Source: Desulfovibrionaceae bacterium (GTDB lineage: Bacteria; Desulfobacterota; Desulfovibrionia; Desulfovibrionales; Desulfovibrionaceae). Taken from it: 46,568 bases of DNA. This document shows positions 1 through 8,144 of the stretch, piece by piece; the stretch's first letter is position 1, and each line of letters starts with the position of its first letter. Made by a program: the position numbers and the translations under genes. A model generated the notes under the pieces. It ran no database searches and was not told the origin of the DNA. It saw only the letters and a list, made by a program, of their open reading frames with translations. Where the stretch lies: the NCBI GenBank assembly GCA_031554295.1, contig JAVBVM010000038.1, positions 1-46,568 on the forward strand, read 5' to 3'.

Positions 1-65
1 CCCGCGCCTCCTTTGCGGATGCGCCTCCCGCTCAAACGGGGGCGTCGCCGCAAAGGAGGCGCGGG
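1..65 (-). terminator. GC-rich inverted repeat 3' of nfnB (arms 1-18 and 48-65); candidate terminator or repeat element. The left arm may be cut by the window edge.
   Basis: cccgcgcctcctttgcgg ... ccgcaaaggaggcgcggg are perfectly complementary (18 bp) with a 29-nt spacer. It lies about 50 nt beyond the minus-strand stop at 117-119. There is no clean T-run, so function is uncertain. Confidence 0.3.
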
Positions 66-116
66 GACGGCACTGTGGGGGACGGCGAGAGCACCGCTCC
101 CCCGGCCGCCGAAGGC

Positions 117-1535
117 TTATCCGGCTACCCCAAGCCGCCGCGCGATGGTGTGCGCGGCGCGGCGGCCCGCGCCCATGGCGGAGATGACGGTGGCCGCGCC
201 GGTAACGATGTCGCCGCCGGCGAAGACGTTGGGGTAGGAGGTTTCCATGGTTTCGGGGTCGGTTTCGATGTACCCCTTGCGGTTGATTTTGAGTTTCGGC
301 TCGCTGTCCAGGAGCACGGGGTTGGCGCGGGTGCCGACGGCGACGATGGCCAGATCGGTGGGCAGGGTGTAGATGTCGCCGGGCGTGGGAACGGGGGCGG
401 GACGGCCGGAGGCGTCGGGGTCGCCCAGGTGCATGCGCTGGATGTTGACGGAGGCCACGCGGCCGTGTTCGTCAACGGTGAAGCGGGTGGGCGCGGTCAG
501 GAACGCGAACTCGACGCCTTCCTCCTCGGCGTGCTCGACCTCCTCGCGCCGCGCCGGCAGTTCCTCGGCGGTGCGGCGGTAGACAACGTGCACGCTTTCC
601 GCGCCCAGGCGCAGAGCGCAGCGGGCCGCGTCCATGGCCACGTTGCCGCCGCCGTAGACGGTGACGTTCTTGCCGCGGATCACCGGCGTGTCAAATTCCG
701 GAAAAGCGAAGGCGCGCCCGAGGTTGATGCGCGTCAGGTATTCATTGGCCGAGAAAACGCCGGAGGCGTTCTCGCCGGGAATATTCAAGAAATGCGGCAG
801 GCCGGCGCCCACGCCGATGAATACGGCCTTGTAGCCCTGACTGAAGAGATCGTGCAGGGAAAAAGTCTTGCCGCCCACGTAGTTGGTAACAAAGTCAACC
901 TGCTGCTCCTTGAGCGCGGCCACTTCCTTGGCCACCACGGACTTGGGCAGGCGGAATTCGGGAATACCGTAGACCAGCACCCCGCCCACCTCGTGCAGTC
1001 CTTCAAAGACCGTGACTTTGCAGCCGTGGCTGGACAGATAACCGGCGGCGGTCAGGCTGGCCGGGCCAGCGCCGATGCAGGCGACTTTCAGGTTCGGGTC
1101 GATCAGCGGGCAGGTCGGGCCCAGGCGCAGCAGATCGCAGGCGTCCAGGTGCAGGAAGTTGTCGGCGATGAAGCGTTCCAGGCGGCCGATGGCAATGGGC
1201 GCGCCTTTGGCCGAGAGCACGCAGGCCCCTTCGCACTGCACTTCCTGCGGACAGACCCGGCCGCACACGGCGGGCAGGCTGTTGGTGGTGCGGATGATCC
1301 GGTAGGCGTTCTCAATGTCGCCGGCCGACAGGGCGGCGATGAAGCTTGGGATGTCGATGTTCACCGGGCAGCCGTCCACGCAGCGCGGGCGCTTGCAATG
1401 CAGGCAGCGGGCGGCTTCCTCGCGCGCCATGTCCATGGTGTAGCCCAGGGCCACTTCGGAAAAGTTGTGGCGGCGGACCTCGGCGTCCTGCGCCGGCATG
1501 GAAACCCGGGGGGAGTGGGGATTAAGATTTATCAT
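117..1535 (-). CDS. nfnB: Glutamate-synthase-small-chain-like FAD/Fe-S NADPH oxidoreductase. Large subunit of an NfnAB/SudAB-type pair, often annotated as gltA/gltD-like NADPH-dependent glutamate synthase.
   Basis: 472-aa ORF. N-terminal Cys clusters (CLHCKRPRCVDGCP; CGRVCPQEVQCEGAC). Two dinucleotide-binding motifs (CIGAGPASL; VYGGGNVAMD). C-terminal GGDIVTG. Overlaps its partner gene by 14 nt. Confidence 0.88.
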   Translation of the reverse strand: MINLNPHSPRVSMPAQDAEVRRHNFSEVALGYTMDMAREEAARCLHCKRPRCVDGCPVNIDIPSFIAALSAGDIENAYRIIRTTNSLPAVCGRVCPQEVQCEGACVLSAKGAPIAIGRLERFIADNFLHLDACDLLRLGPTCPLIDPNLKVACIGAGPASLTAAGYLSSHGCKVTVFEGLHEVGGVLVYGIPEFRLPKSVVAKEVAALKEQQVDFVTNYVGGKTFSLHDLFSQGYKAVFIGVGAGLPHFLNIPGENASGVFSANEYLTRINLGRAFAFPEFDTPVIRGKNVTVYGGGNVAMDAARCALRLGAESVHVVYRRTAEELPARREEVEHAEEEGVEFAFLTAPTRFTVDEHGRVASVNIQRMHLGDPDASGRPAPVPTPGDIYTLPTDLAIVAVGTRANPVLLDSEPKLKINRKGYIETDPETMETSYPNVFAGGDIVTGAATVISAMGAGRRAAHTIARRLGVAG

Positions 1536-2373
1536 GGCACGCGCACCTGTAGGTTTCGAGGGAGACCTGCTCCTGGTCTTTGAACGTGGAGAGCCGCTGC
1601 CGCAATTCGTGGAAATTCACCTGATGGCCGTCGAATTCCGGGCCTTCCACGCAGGCGAACTTGGTCTCGTTGTTCACGGACACGCGACAGGCGCCGCACA
1701 TGCCCATCCCGTCCACCATGATCGGGTTCAGGCTTACGGTGGTCTTCACGCCGAAAGGCAGGGTCACTTTGGCCACCGCCTCCATCATGGGCACCGGGCC
1801 CACGGCGATCACCTCGCAAATATTGCCGTCCGTTTCCAGCAGGCCGGTCAGGATGTCCGTGACAAAGCCCTTGGTGCCGTAGCTGCCGTCGTCCGTGGAA
1901 ATCAACAGTTCGTCCGCCACCTGGCGCAGTTCGTTCTCGAACAGCAACAGATCCTTGGAGCGCGCGCCGATGATCGCGATCACGTGGTTGCCGGCGTCAT
2001 GATGCCCCTTGGCAATATGATGCATGGCCGCGATGCCCGTGCCGCCGCCCATGCAAACGACCTTGCCGCACTTCACGATATGCGTGGGCCGGCCGAGCGG
2101 GCCGCAGACGTCATGGATATCGTCGCCCTCATTCAGGTCTTCCAGGGCGCAGGTGGTCTTCCCCATGACCAGGTACACCAGCGTGAACGTACCGGCTTTT
2201 TTGTCGACATCGGCAATGGTCAACGGAATGCGCTCGCCGTGTTCGGAAACGCGCAGGATAACGAAATTCCCCGGCAGCGCCTTTTCCGCAATCTGCGGTC
2301 CCTCGACGATCAGTTTGCTGGTGCGGCCGGGAATAAGCCGCTCCTTGCGGATAATGCGGTTGGGCATGAACAC
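1522..2373 (-). CDS. nfnA: Ferredoxin-NADP reductase / PyrK-like FAD + [2Fe-2S] small subunit (NfnA/SudB type)
   Basis: 283-aa ORF. RIPLTIAD flavin motif, GGGTGIAAM NAD(P) motif and a C-terminal CGACRV...C Cys cluster. Coupled to nfnB by overlap. Confidence 0.85.
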   Translation of the reverse strand: MFMPNRIIRKERLIPGRTSKLIVEGPQIAEKALPGNFVILRVSEHGERIPLTIADVDKKAGTFTLVYLVMGKTTCALEDLNEGDDIHDVCGPLGRPTHIVKCGKVVCMGGGTGIAAMHHIAKGHHDAGNHVIAIIGARSKDLLLFENELRQVADELLISTDDGSYGTKGFVTDILTGLLETDGNICEVIAVGPVPMMEAVAKVTLPFGVKTTVSLNPIMVDGMGMCGACRVSVNNETKFACVEGPEFDGHQVNFHELRQRLSTFKDQEQVSLETYRCACHDKS

Positions 2374-2612
2374 TCCCCGTGTTTATGGCAAATTCCGGTC
2401 GCAAGCCAGCGCGCCGAAAGCCGCCCGTTAAAAAACGGACCTTCATCAGGGGGGTCTGCCGGTCGCCCCCCAGCGGAAAACCCAGAGCGGTCTGACCATA
2501 TACTCATTCAAAAAACCTGAAAAGGTTTTTTCACACGTTCAATTTTTCACTTGCGGAGAAAGGAAAAGGCGTGTCTCCGGCGGCAAAGGGGCCACGCGCC
2601 ACACAGGCGCAG

Positions 2613-2627
2613 CCCCCCCCCCCCCCC
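2613..2627. repeat. Homopolymeric C15 tract in the nfnA / riboswitch intergenic region
   Basis: Counted directly: 15 consecutive C (2613-2627). It is followed by the mini-frame ATG ATG GTG GTG TTG TGA (2631-2648) and a G6 run. Confidence 0.9.
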
Positions 2628-3083
2628 GCCATGATGGTGGTGTTGTGAGGGGGGACACACATACAGCCAACTCGATTTGAACGAACGGACAGATCTGCAC
2701 CGCCCGCGCGCGGTCAAGACGGCCCAACGTCGTATCCTTATAACTCCTGGGCGTTCGCAGGCGCGATCTACCGTGAATTGAAGCGAACAGCCCGTCTGCC
2801 AAAGCGCCGGCTGAAAGCCATGACCCGGTCAGAACGAAGACGTTGGTCAGAGACAAAGGCGATGGAATTGTCGTTTAAATCGAAAGAAGCCTGCCGCTTG
2901 CGGCAGAACCTTGTATAAACGGCGGCATAAGATTGAAATTATGTTCGGCGGTTTCAAGGCTGGCGCGGAATCGCCATGCGCCATGACCGGTGCGCCACAC
3001 TTTCTTTTCCGCCATATGCCTCGCGGCCACCGGCATATTCCAGCTTAATTAATGAGTCCCGAACGCGGGCGCCGATTCCGCCA

Positions 3084-3112
3084 TTGACCGGAGCTCCGGA
3101 TTTCTGTAAAGT
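3084..3112 (+). promoter_or_regulatory. Candidate sigma-70 promoter for the riboswitch-led operon
   Basis: TTGACC (3084-3089), 17-nt spacer, TAAAGT (3107-3112). The predicted start falls a few nt before the riboswitch 5' end. Confidence 0.4.
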
Positions 3113-3117
3113 CCCCT

Positions 3118-3295
3118 TTGAAAGGTGCGCTCGCGCCACTGGCGCGGGCTTCAAGGGAAAACGGTGCAAATCCGTTGCGGACCCGCCGCTGTAACCGGGG
3201 AGAACCTTCACACGGCCCAAAGGCCGGCCACTGTCCCGCTTGGGATGGGAAGGCGTGGAGGAATCGCTGATCCGGAAGCCAGAAGACCTGCCTTT
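3118..3295 (+). promoter_or_regulatory. Cobalamin (B12) riboswitch aptamer
   Basis: Hand match to the conserved core: GGTGCG..., AAGGGAAAACGGTGCAAATCCGTTGCGGACCCGCCGCTGTAACCGGGG, the B12 box GGCCGGCCACTG, GGGAAGGC, and 3' AGCCAGAAGACCTGCC. Corrinoid transport genes lie downstream. Confidence 0.9.
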
Positions 3296-3359
3296 CAATT
3301 AGACTGATTTCCGGCCCGTGGTACGGCTGGGGAATCACGTCCGCGATAAAAACGGCATT

Positions 3360-3391
3360 GCGGAGCACTCGAAGGGGTGCTCCGCTTTTTT
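3360..3391 (+). terminator. Intrinsic terminator forming the riboswitch expression platform
   Basis: gcggagcac (3360-3368), 8-nt loop, gtgctccgc (3377-3385), then TTTTTT. It sits between the aptamer and the first start codon. Confidence 0.75.
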
Positions 3392-3412
3392 ATTCTGGAG
3401 AGCGCGTTGAAA

Positions 3413-4315
3413 ATGGAAAAATGGCTGTTCCGCGCGGCGCTGGCCGTCCTGTTCCTGCTGGCCCTGTGGGGACGGCGGGAGTTGGACCGCGCCACCGCGC
3501 CGGCGCCGGCGCCGGCCGATCCGAGGCGCGTGGTCTCGCTCGCGCCCAGCGTGACGGAAACCCTGTACGCCTTGGGCATGGGGGCGCAAGTGGTCGGGGT
3601 CACGCAATACTGCTCCTACCCGCCGGGAGTGAAGAACAAGCCGGCCGTGGCCGGCTTCAGCGATGTAAACTATGAGGCCGTGCTGCGCCTGCGGCCGGAC
3701 CTGGTGGTCTTGCCCGTGGACAAGGCCGACAACCGCCTGAACCTGGAGCATCTGGGCTTAAGCACCCTGCCGCTGGACACGCGCACGGTGTCCGGCCTGA
3801 TGGAGGCCATGGCCGTGCTCGGCCGGGCCACCGGACACGAGGCCCAGGCCGAGGCGCTGCTGGACGGCGTTCGCGCCAGCATGCGGGAGGCCGGCCGGCG
3901 GGCGCAAGGCCGGGCCAGGCCGCGCGTGCTGTTCTCCATCATGCATTCCTACGAGGGCCTGGGCTACATCACGGAAATCAACGCCGTGGGCAAAGACGGC
4001 TTTTTCAATGAGCTGATCGCCATGGCCGGCGGCGAAAACGTCTACCAGGGCCGGCTGTCCTTTCCCCGGCTGTCGCGCGAGGCGATTATCCACCTGAACC
4101 CGGAGGTGATCGTGGACGTGATTCCGGCCGCCGAGGACCTGGATGCCGTGCGCCGGGACTGGGAAAGCCTGGCCAACGTGAGCGCCATTCAGAACAACCG
4201 CCTGGTGCTGCTGACCGACGAGGCCGACACGGTGCCCGGTCCGCGCTTCGCGGAAACCCTGACCAAGCTTTCAATCGCGTTTTACCCGGACGCGTCCGCC
4301 ACGGGAGAACAATAA
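3413..4315 (+). CDS. Periplasmic substrate-binding protein of a cobalamin/siderophore-type (BtuF/FepB-like, helical-backbone) ABC importer
   Basis: The ORF-track start 3377 (GTG) lies inside the terminator stem, so I chose ATG 3413 behind GGAGAG. Signal peptide MEKWLFRAALAVLFLLALWG. VVSLAPSVTETLYALG...VVGVT motif typical of BtuF-like binders. Confidence 0.85.
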   Translation: MEKWLFRAALAVLFLLALWGRRELDRATAPAPAPADPRRVVSLAPSVTETLYALGMGAQVVGVTQYCSYPPGVKNKPAVAGFSDVNYEAVLRLRPDLVVLPVDKADNRLNLEHLGLSTLPLDTRTVSGLMEAMAVLGRATGHEAQAEALLDGVRASMREAGRRAQGRARPRVLFSIMHSYEGLGYITEINAVGKDGFFNELIAMAGGENVYQGRLSFPRLSREAIIHLNPEVIVDVIPAAEDLDAVRRDWESLANVSAIQNNRLVLLTDEADTVPGPRFAETLTKLSIAFYPDASATGEQ

Positions 4316-5088
4316 TGCTGCGCGTCCGGGATTTCTCCTTCGCCTTTGACGGGCCGCCAACGCTGCATGGCATCAGCTTCAGCCTGGGCGACGGCGGCTA
4401 CCTTTCGATCATCGGGCCGAACGGAGCGGGCAAGTCCACCCTGCTCAAGTGTCTGATGCGCCTGCACGAGCGCGGGCAAGGCAGCGGCGAAATTCTGGTC
4501 GACGGCCGCCCGCTGGCGGAATACGGCCAGCGCGAACTGGCCCGGCTGATCGGTTACGTGCCGCAGGCCGGCGGCTGGATTCCGCCCTTCACGGTGGAGG
4601 AACTGCTGCGCCTGAGCCGCTACCCGTACTCGCGCTCCACCATCAGCCTGGGCGCGAAAGACCGTGAGGCTGTGGGCAAAGCCCTGGCCCTGACGGGCAT
4701 GGAGGCCCTGGCCGACCGGCCGCTGCGCAACATTTCCGGCGGCGAGCGGCAAAAGGCGTTTCTGGCGGCGGCCCTGGCCCAGGAAACGCGCATTCTGCTG
4801 CTGGACGAGCCGGCCTCCTTCCTCGACCCCAAGCACGCGGCCGATTTGCACCATCTGTTGAAGCGCCTGAACCAGGAGCAGGGCCTGACCATGCTCACGG
4901 TCACGCACGATTTGAACCACCCGCTGGCGGCGGGCGGCCTGGCCCTGGCCCTGCGCCAGGGGCGGCAAGTCTTTTTCGGCCCGGTGGAAGGGCTGTTGGA
5001 AAACGGCATTCTGGAAGCGGCCTATCAGCACGAATTCACCTATTTCATCCACCCGCGCACCGGCCGGCCGGCCGTGCTGGCGGAGTAG
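4315..5088 (+). CDS. ABC transporter ATP-binding protein (FecE/BtuD-like)
   Basis: Walker A GPNGAGKST, signature ISGGERQ, Walker B LLLDEP. The start overlaps the upstream stop by 1 nt. Confidence 0.9.
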   Translation: MLRVRDFSFAFDGPPTLHGISFSLGDGGYLSIIGPNGAGKSTLLKCLMRLHERGQGSGEILVDGRPLAEYGQRELARLIGYVPQAGGWIPPFTVEELLRLSRYPYSRSTISLGAKDREAVGKALALTGMEALADRPLRNISGGERQKAFLAAALAQETRILLLDEPASFLDPKHAADLHHLLKRLNQEQGLTMLTVTHDLNHPLAAGGLALALRQGRQVFFGPVEGLLENGILEAAYQHEFTYFIHPRTGRPAVLAE

Positions 5089-5095
5089 AGGCACT

Positions 5096-6094
5096 ATGTC
5101 CCCGGCTGGCGCGCGCGCGAAAATCCTGATCCTGATCGTGGTCTGCTTGCTGATCACGGCGGCGGCCCCGTTTTTCGGGCTGGGCGTCATTTCGCCTTCC
5201 GCCATCTGGGAAGCCGGCAACCCGGACGCCGACGTGTTCTGGCGGCTGCGCCTGCCGCGCGCGGCGCTGGCCTTCCTGGCCGGGGCCGGTTTGTCCATGA
5301 GCGGCATGGTCTTCCAGGCCCTGTTCCGCAACCCGCTGGCCACGCCCTTCACGCTCGGCGTTTCCAGCGGGGCGGCCCTGGGCGCTTCCGTCTATTTCTG
5401 GCTGGGGGCGGGCCTGTCCTTCCTGGGCAGCTCGGGCAGCCTGGGCGCGGCCCTGCTGGGCGGCCTGCTGTCCATGGCCCTGGTCTACGGCATCACCCGG
5501 GCCAAGGGCGGCTTTTCCACGCCGGTCATGCTGCTGGCCGGGGTGATCATCAATTTCTTCTTCTCCAGCCTGGTGATGTTCATCCAGTATTTGAGCGATT
5601 CCTACGATTCCCTGCGCATCATGCACTGGCTGATGGGCTCGCTGGCCGGGCTGGAAACGGCCCGCCTGGCGGATCTGGCCTTTGTGGTGGTGGCTGGGGC
5701 CATGATTGTCTGGCGCATGGCGCCGGAACTGGACCTGCTCACGGCCGGGGAGGAACTGGCCGCCAGCCGGGGCGTGCGCGTGCGGCGCGCCAAGCTGCAA
5801 ATTTTCCTGGCGGCCTCGATCATCGTGGGCACGGTGGTTTCGCTGGCCGGGCCGATCGGCTTTGTCGGCATGATGATTCCGCACATGTGCCGGCTCAGGC
5901 TGGGCTGGGCGCACCGCCTGCTGCTGCCGGCCGCCTTTTTCCTGGGCGGCTGCTTCCTGGTGCTGTGCGATCTGGCGGCGCGGCTGGCGCTGGCCCCGGC
6001 GGAAATTCCCATCGGCATCGTCACGGCCCTGATCGGCGGGCCGTTTTTCCTGTGGACCCTGTTTAAAGCCAACAAAAGCGGCGATATTTTCTGA
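5096..6094 (+). CDS. FecCD/BtuC-family ABC permease
   Basis: 332-aa, highly hydrophobic multi-TM ORF with LRLPR... and GxxGFVGxxxPH (GPIGFVGMMIPH) motifs characteristic of FecCD permeases. Confidence 0.88.
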   Translation: MSPAGARAKILILIVVCLLITAAAPFFGLGVISPSAIWEAGNPDADVFWRLRLPRAALAFLAGAGLSMSGMVFQALFRNPLATPFTLGVSSGAALGASVYFWLGAGLSFLGSSGSLGAALLGGLLSMALVYGITRAKGGFSTPVMLLAGVIINFFFSSLVMFIQYLSDSYDSLRIMHWLMGSLAGLETARLADLAFVVVAGAMIVWRMAPELDLLTAGEELAASRGVRVRRAKLQIFLAASIIVGTVVSLAGPIGFVGMMIPHMCRLRLGWAHRLLLPAAFFLGGCFLVLCDLAARLALAPAEIPIGIVTALIGGPFFLWTLFKANKSGDIF

Positions 6095-6125
6095 ACCGGA
6101 ATTTGAAAACGAGAAAGGAGAAGTA

Positions 6126-8084
6126 ATGAAGCAGAGCACCTGGGGCCTGAGGGAAATTTTTATCGGCGCGTTGGCCGTGCTTATGGCCGCGCCCGCGATT
6201 GCGGCTGAAACCACGCAGACCGCTCCGGTACGCCTGGAACCTGTGGTGGTCACGGCCGGCCGCATTGAGGAAAAGGCGAAAAACGTCACCCAGAGCGTGA
6301 CCGTAATCCCGCGCGAGGACGTCATCAAGAATCAGAATCAGGATCTGGGCGCCTTCCTGCGCGATTACGGCCTGCAGGTCAACGCCTATTCGCCGGGCGG
6401 CACGCAGTCGCAGATCAGCATCCGGGGCATGCGCACTTCGCTCATGGGCGACGACGGGGAGGGCACCGTGCTTCTGCTGGTGAACGGCCGGCGCATGGGC
6501 ACGGACAATATCTCGCTCATCCCCATGGTGAACGTGGAACGCGTGGAAATCATCAAAGGTCCCGCGGCCGTGCAGTATGGCACCTCGGCCGTGGGCGGCG
6601 TGGTGAACGTGATCACCCGGCGCGGCGCGGATCTTTCCGCCATGGTCGAAGCCGGGGTGAGCAGTTGGGAAGGCTACCGCGCCCAGGGCGAACTGGCCGG
6701 CTCGGGCTACGGCTTCGACATTTCCGGCGGCGCCTCCTGGCTGACCCAAAACGACAACTACACGGACGGCCACGGCGACGAATACAAAAATACTGATATC
6801 AACTACAACCTTGCCTATAACCTGAGCCTTGGCTACACCTTCCTGGACGAGCACCGTCTGGGCGTGAATTTTCAGGGAGTGAAGGCGGACGATATCGGCA
6901 GCCCCGGCGATCAGACATGGCTCACGCCGGATGACCGCCAGAATCGCAAGAACCAGGCCATCGACCTGACCTACGAAGGCGGTTATAAAGACGCCGGCCT
7001 GTCCTGGATGGGCCGCTATTTCAACGGCAAATACGAATATTTCCTCGATTCCCCGGGGGCGCCCTACACCAACGACAACGACTACCAGGGCGCGCAGGCC
7101 CAGGTGAGCTTCTCCCGCTCCATTCTGACCCTGACCGGCGGGCTGGACTGGCTCAAATACGACGGCGAGACGGATTCCGTATGGTGGCCGACCAAGCGGG
7201 AAACCACGCAGGAGAATATGGGCCTGTTCCTGCTGGCCAAACTGGCCTTGCTGGAAGAGCGGCTGATTTTGAGCGGCGGCCTGCGCTATGATTACTACAA
7301 GCTTGAGGTGCCGGGACGGGACGACGACTATAATCGCACCACGCCTTCGTTCGGCGTGGCCTGGCACGCCCTGGACTGGCTGACCCTGCGCGGCAACTAC
7401 GGCCAGTCCTACCGCATTCCCCAGCCCACCGCCGTGCTCGGCTTCAATGACGGCTGGTACAATTATCTGCCGAACCCGGACCTGGAGCCGGAAAAGGCCC
7501 AGAGCTGGGATGTGGGCTTTGAGATCAAGCATCAATCGCTGGATTTCGGACTGAGCTATTTCGAAACCTACTACAAGAACAAGATCGCCTCGCAATCCAT
7601 AGGCGGCGATTATCAGTACTATAACATTGACGGCACCAGCAAATTCAAGGGCATTGAGGCCCAGGCCGGCTACGATCTGGGCGAGGCGCTTGACTGGCCC
7701 TTCATGCTCCGGGCTTACGGCACGCTCACCCACCTGTTCCTGTACGAGGAGCCGGACGGCAGCGACGTTCAGTTCGTCAGCAACACGGATATGTCCTATG
7801 GCCTGAATTTCTACCACCCGGGCTGGGGTCTGGATGTGGATCTGCGCTTCATCTACTTCGGCCACCAGAATGTGAATGACTGGAGCACCGGCGGCACCGC
7901 GCGCATCGGCGGCGACACCACGGCCGATTTGTACATCACCCAGGTGGTGCACGCCTCGGACGAATACGGCACACTGAGCATCAAGGGCGAAGTGCGCAAC
8001 ATCTTCGACAAATACTATGAAACCATAAAATACTACCCCATGCCCGGCCGCTCCTTTTACCTGGGCCTGCGGTACGACTACTGA
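6126..8084 (+). CDS. TonB-dependent outer-membrane receptor, probably for corrinoids (BtuB-like by context)
   Basis: Signal peptide. TonB-box-like EPVVVTAGR. Plug-domain motifs (ISIRGM, VLLLVNGRRM, VERVEIIKGPAAVQYG). Long beta-barrel region rich in Y/G/D/N. Confidence 0.88.
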   Translation: MKQSTWGLREIFIGALAVLMAAPAIAAETTQTAPVRLEPVVVTAGRIEEKAKNVTQSVTVIPREDVIKNQNQDLGAFLRDYGLQVNAYSPGGTQSQISIRGMRTSLMGDDGEGTVLLLVNGRRMGTDNISLIPMVNVERVEIIKGPAAVQYGTSAVGGVVNVITRRGADLSAMVEAGVSSWEGYRAQGELAGSGYGFDISGGASWLTQNDNYTDGHGDEYKNTDINYNLAYNLSLGYTFLDEHRLGVNFQGVKADDIGSPGDQTWLTPDDRQNRKNQAIDLTYEGGYKDAGLSWMGRYFNGKYEYFLDSPGAPYTNDNDYQGAQAQVSFSRSILTLTGGLDWLKYDGETDSVWWPTKRETTQENMGLFLLAKLALLEERLILSGGLRYDYYKLEVPGRDDDYNRTTPSFGVAWHALDWLTLRGNYGQSYRIPQPTAVLGFNDGWYNYLPNPDLEPEKAQSWDVGFEIKHQSLDFGLSYFETYYKNKIASQSIGGDYQYYNIDGTSKFKGIEAQAGYDLGEALDWPFMLRAYGTLTHLFLYEEPDGSDVQFVSNTDMSYGLNFYHPGWGLDVDLRFIYFGHQNVNDWSTGGTARIGGDTTADLYITQVVHASDEYGTLSIKGEVRNIFDKYYETIKYYPMPGRSFYLGLRYDY

Positions 8085-8144
8085 TTTCAATTCCCGCCGG
8101 GCATGGCAGTCCCGGCCGGGGCTTGAACACTGAGGGACTCGCTT

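Noticed and set aside
75-1583. Long ORFs antisense to recognised genes. Examples: 75-1583 (+), 6063-8090 (-), 14168-15745 (-), 21449-24130 (+), 28158-29306 (+), 31445-33319 (-), 34706-36526 (-), 41592-43331 (+), 44074-45081 (+).
   Set aside because: Each lies opposite a gene with clear family motifs. Their translations are low-complexity Arg/Gly/Ala/Pro/His-rich strings without recognisable motifs. Stop-codon scarcity in high-GC DNA explains them.
2641-2660. Rex-operator-like half site TTGTGA....CACA upstream of nfnA
   Set aside because: Only one half (TTGTGA) fits TTGTGAA-N4-TTCACAA. The second half is not complementary, so the site is not supported.
2655-2700. tRNA-like T-arm (gttcg-ttcaaat-cgagt) on the minus strand
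   Set aside because: There is no complementary 5' acceptor strand (acagcca) and no D or anticodon arm in the adjacent sequence. It is not a tRNA.
2941-3048. 35-aa His-rich mini-ORF (MFGGFKAGAESPCAMTGAPHFLFRHMPRGHRHIPA) in the non-coding stretch
   Set aside because: No Shine-Dalgarno sequence, no recognisable motif, and well within chance expectation. Kept only as part of the intergenic-region finding.
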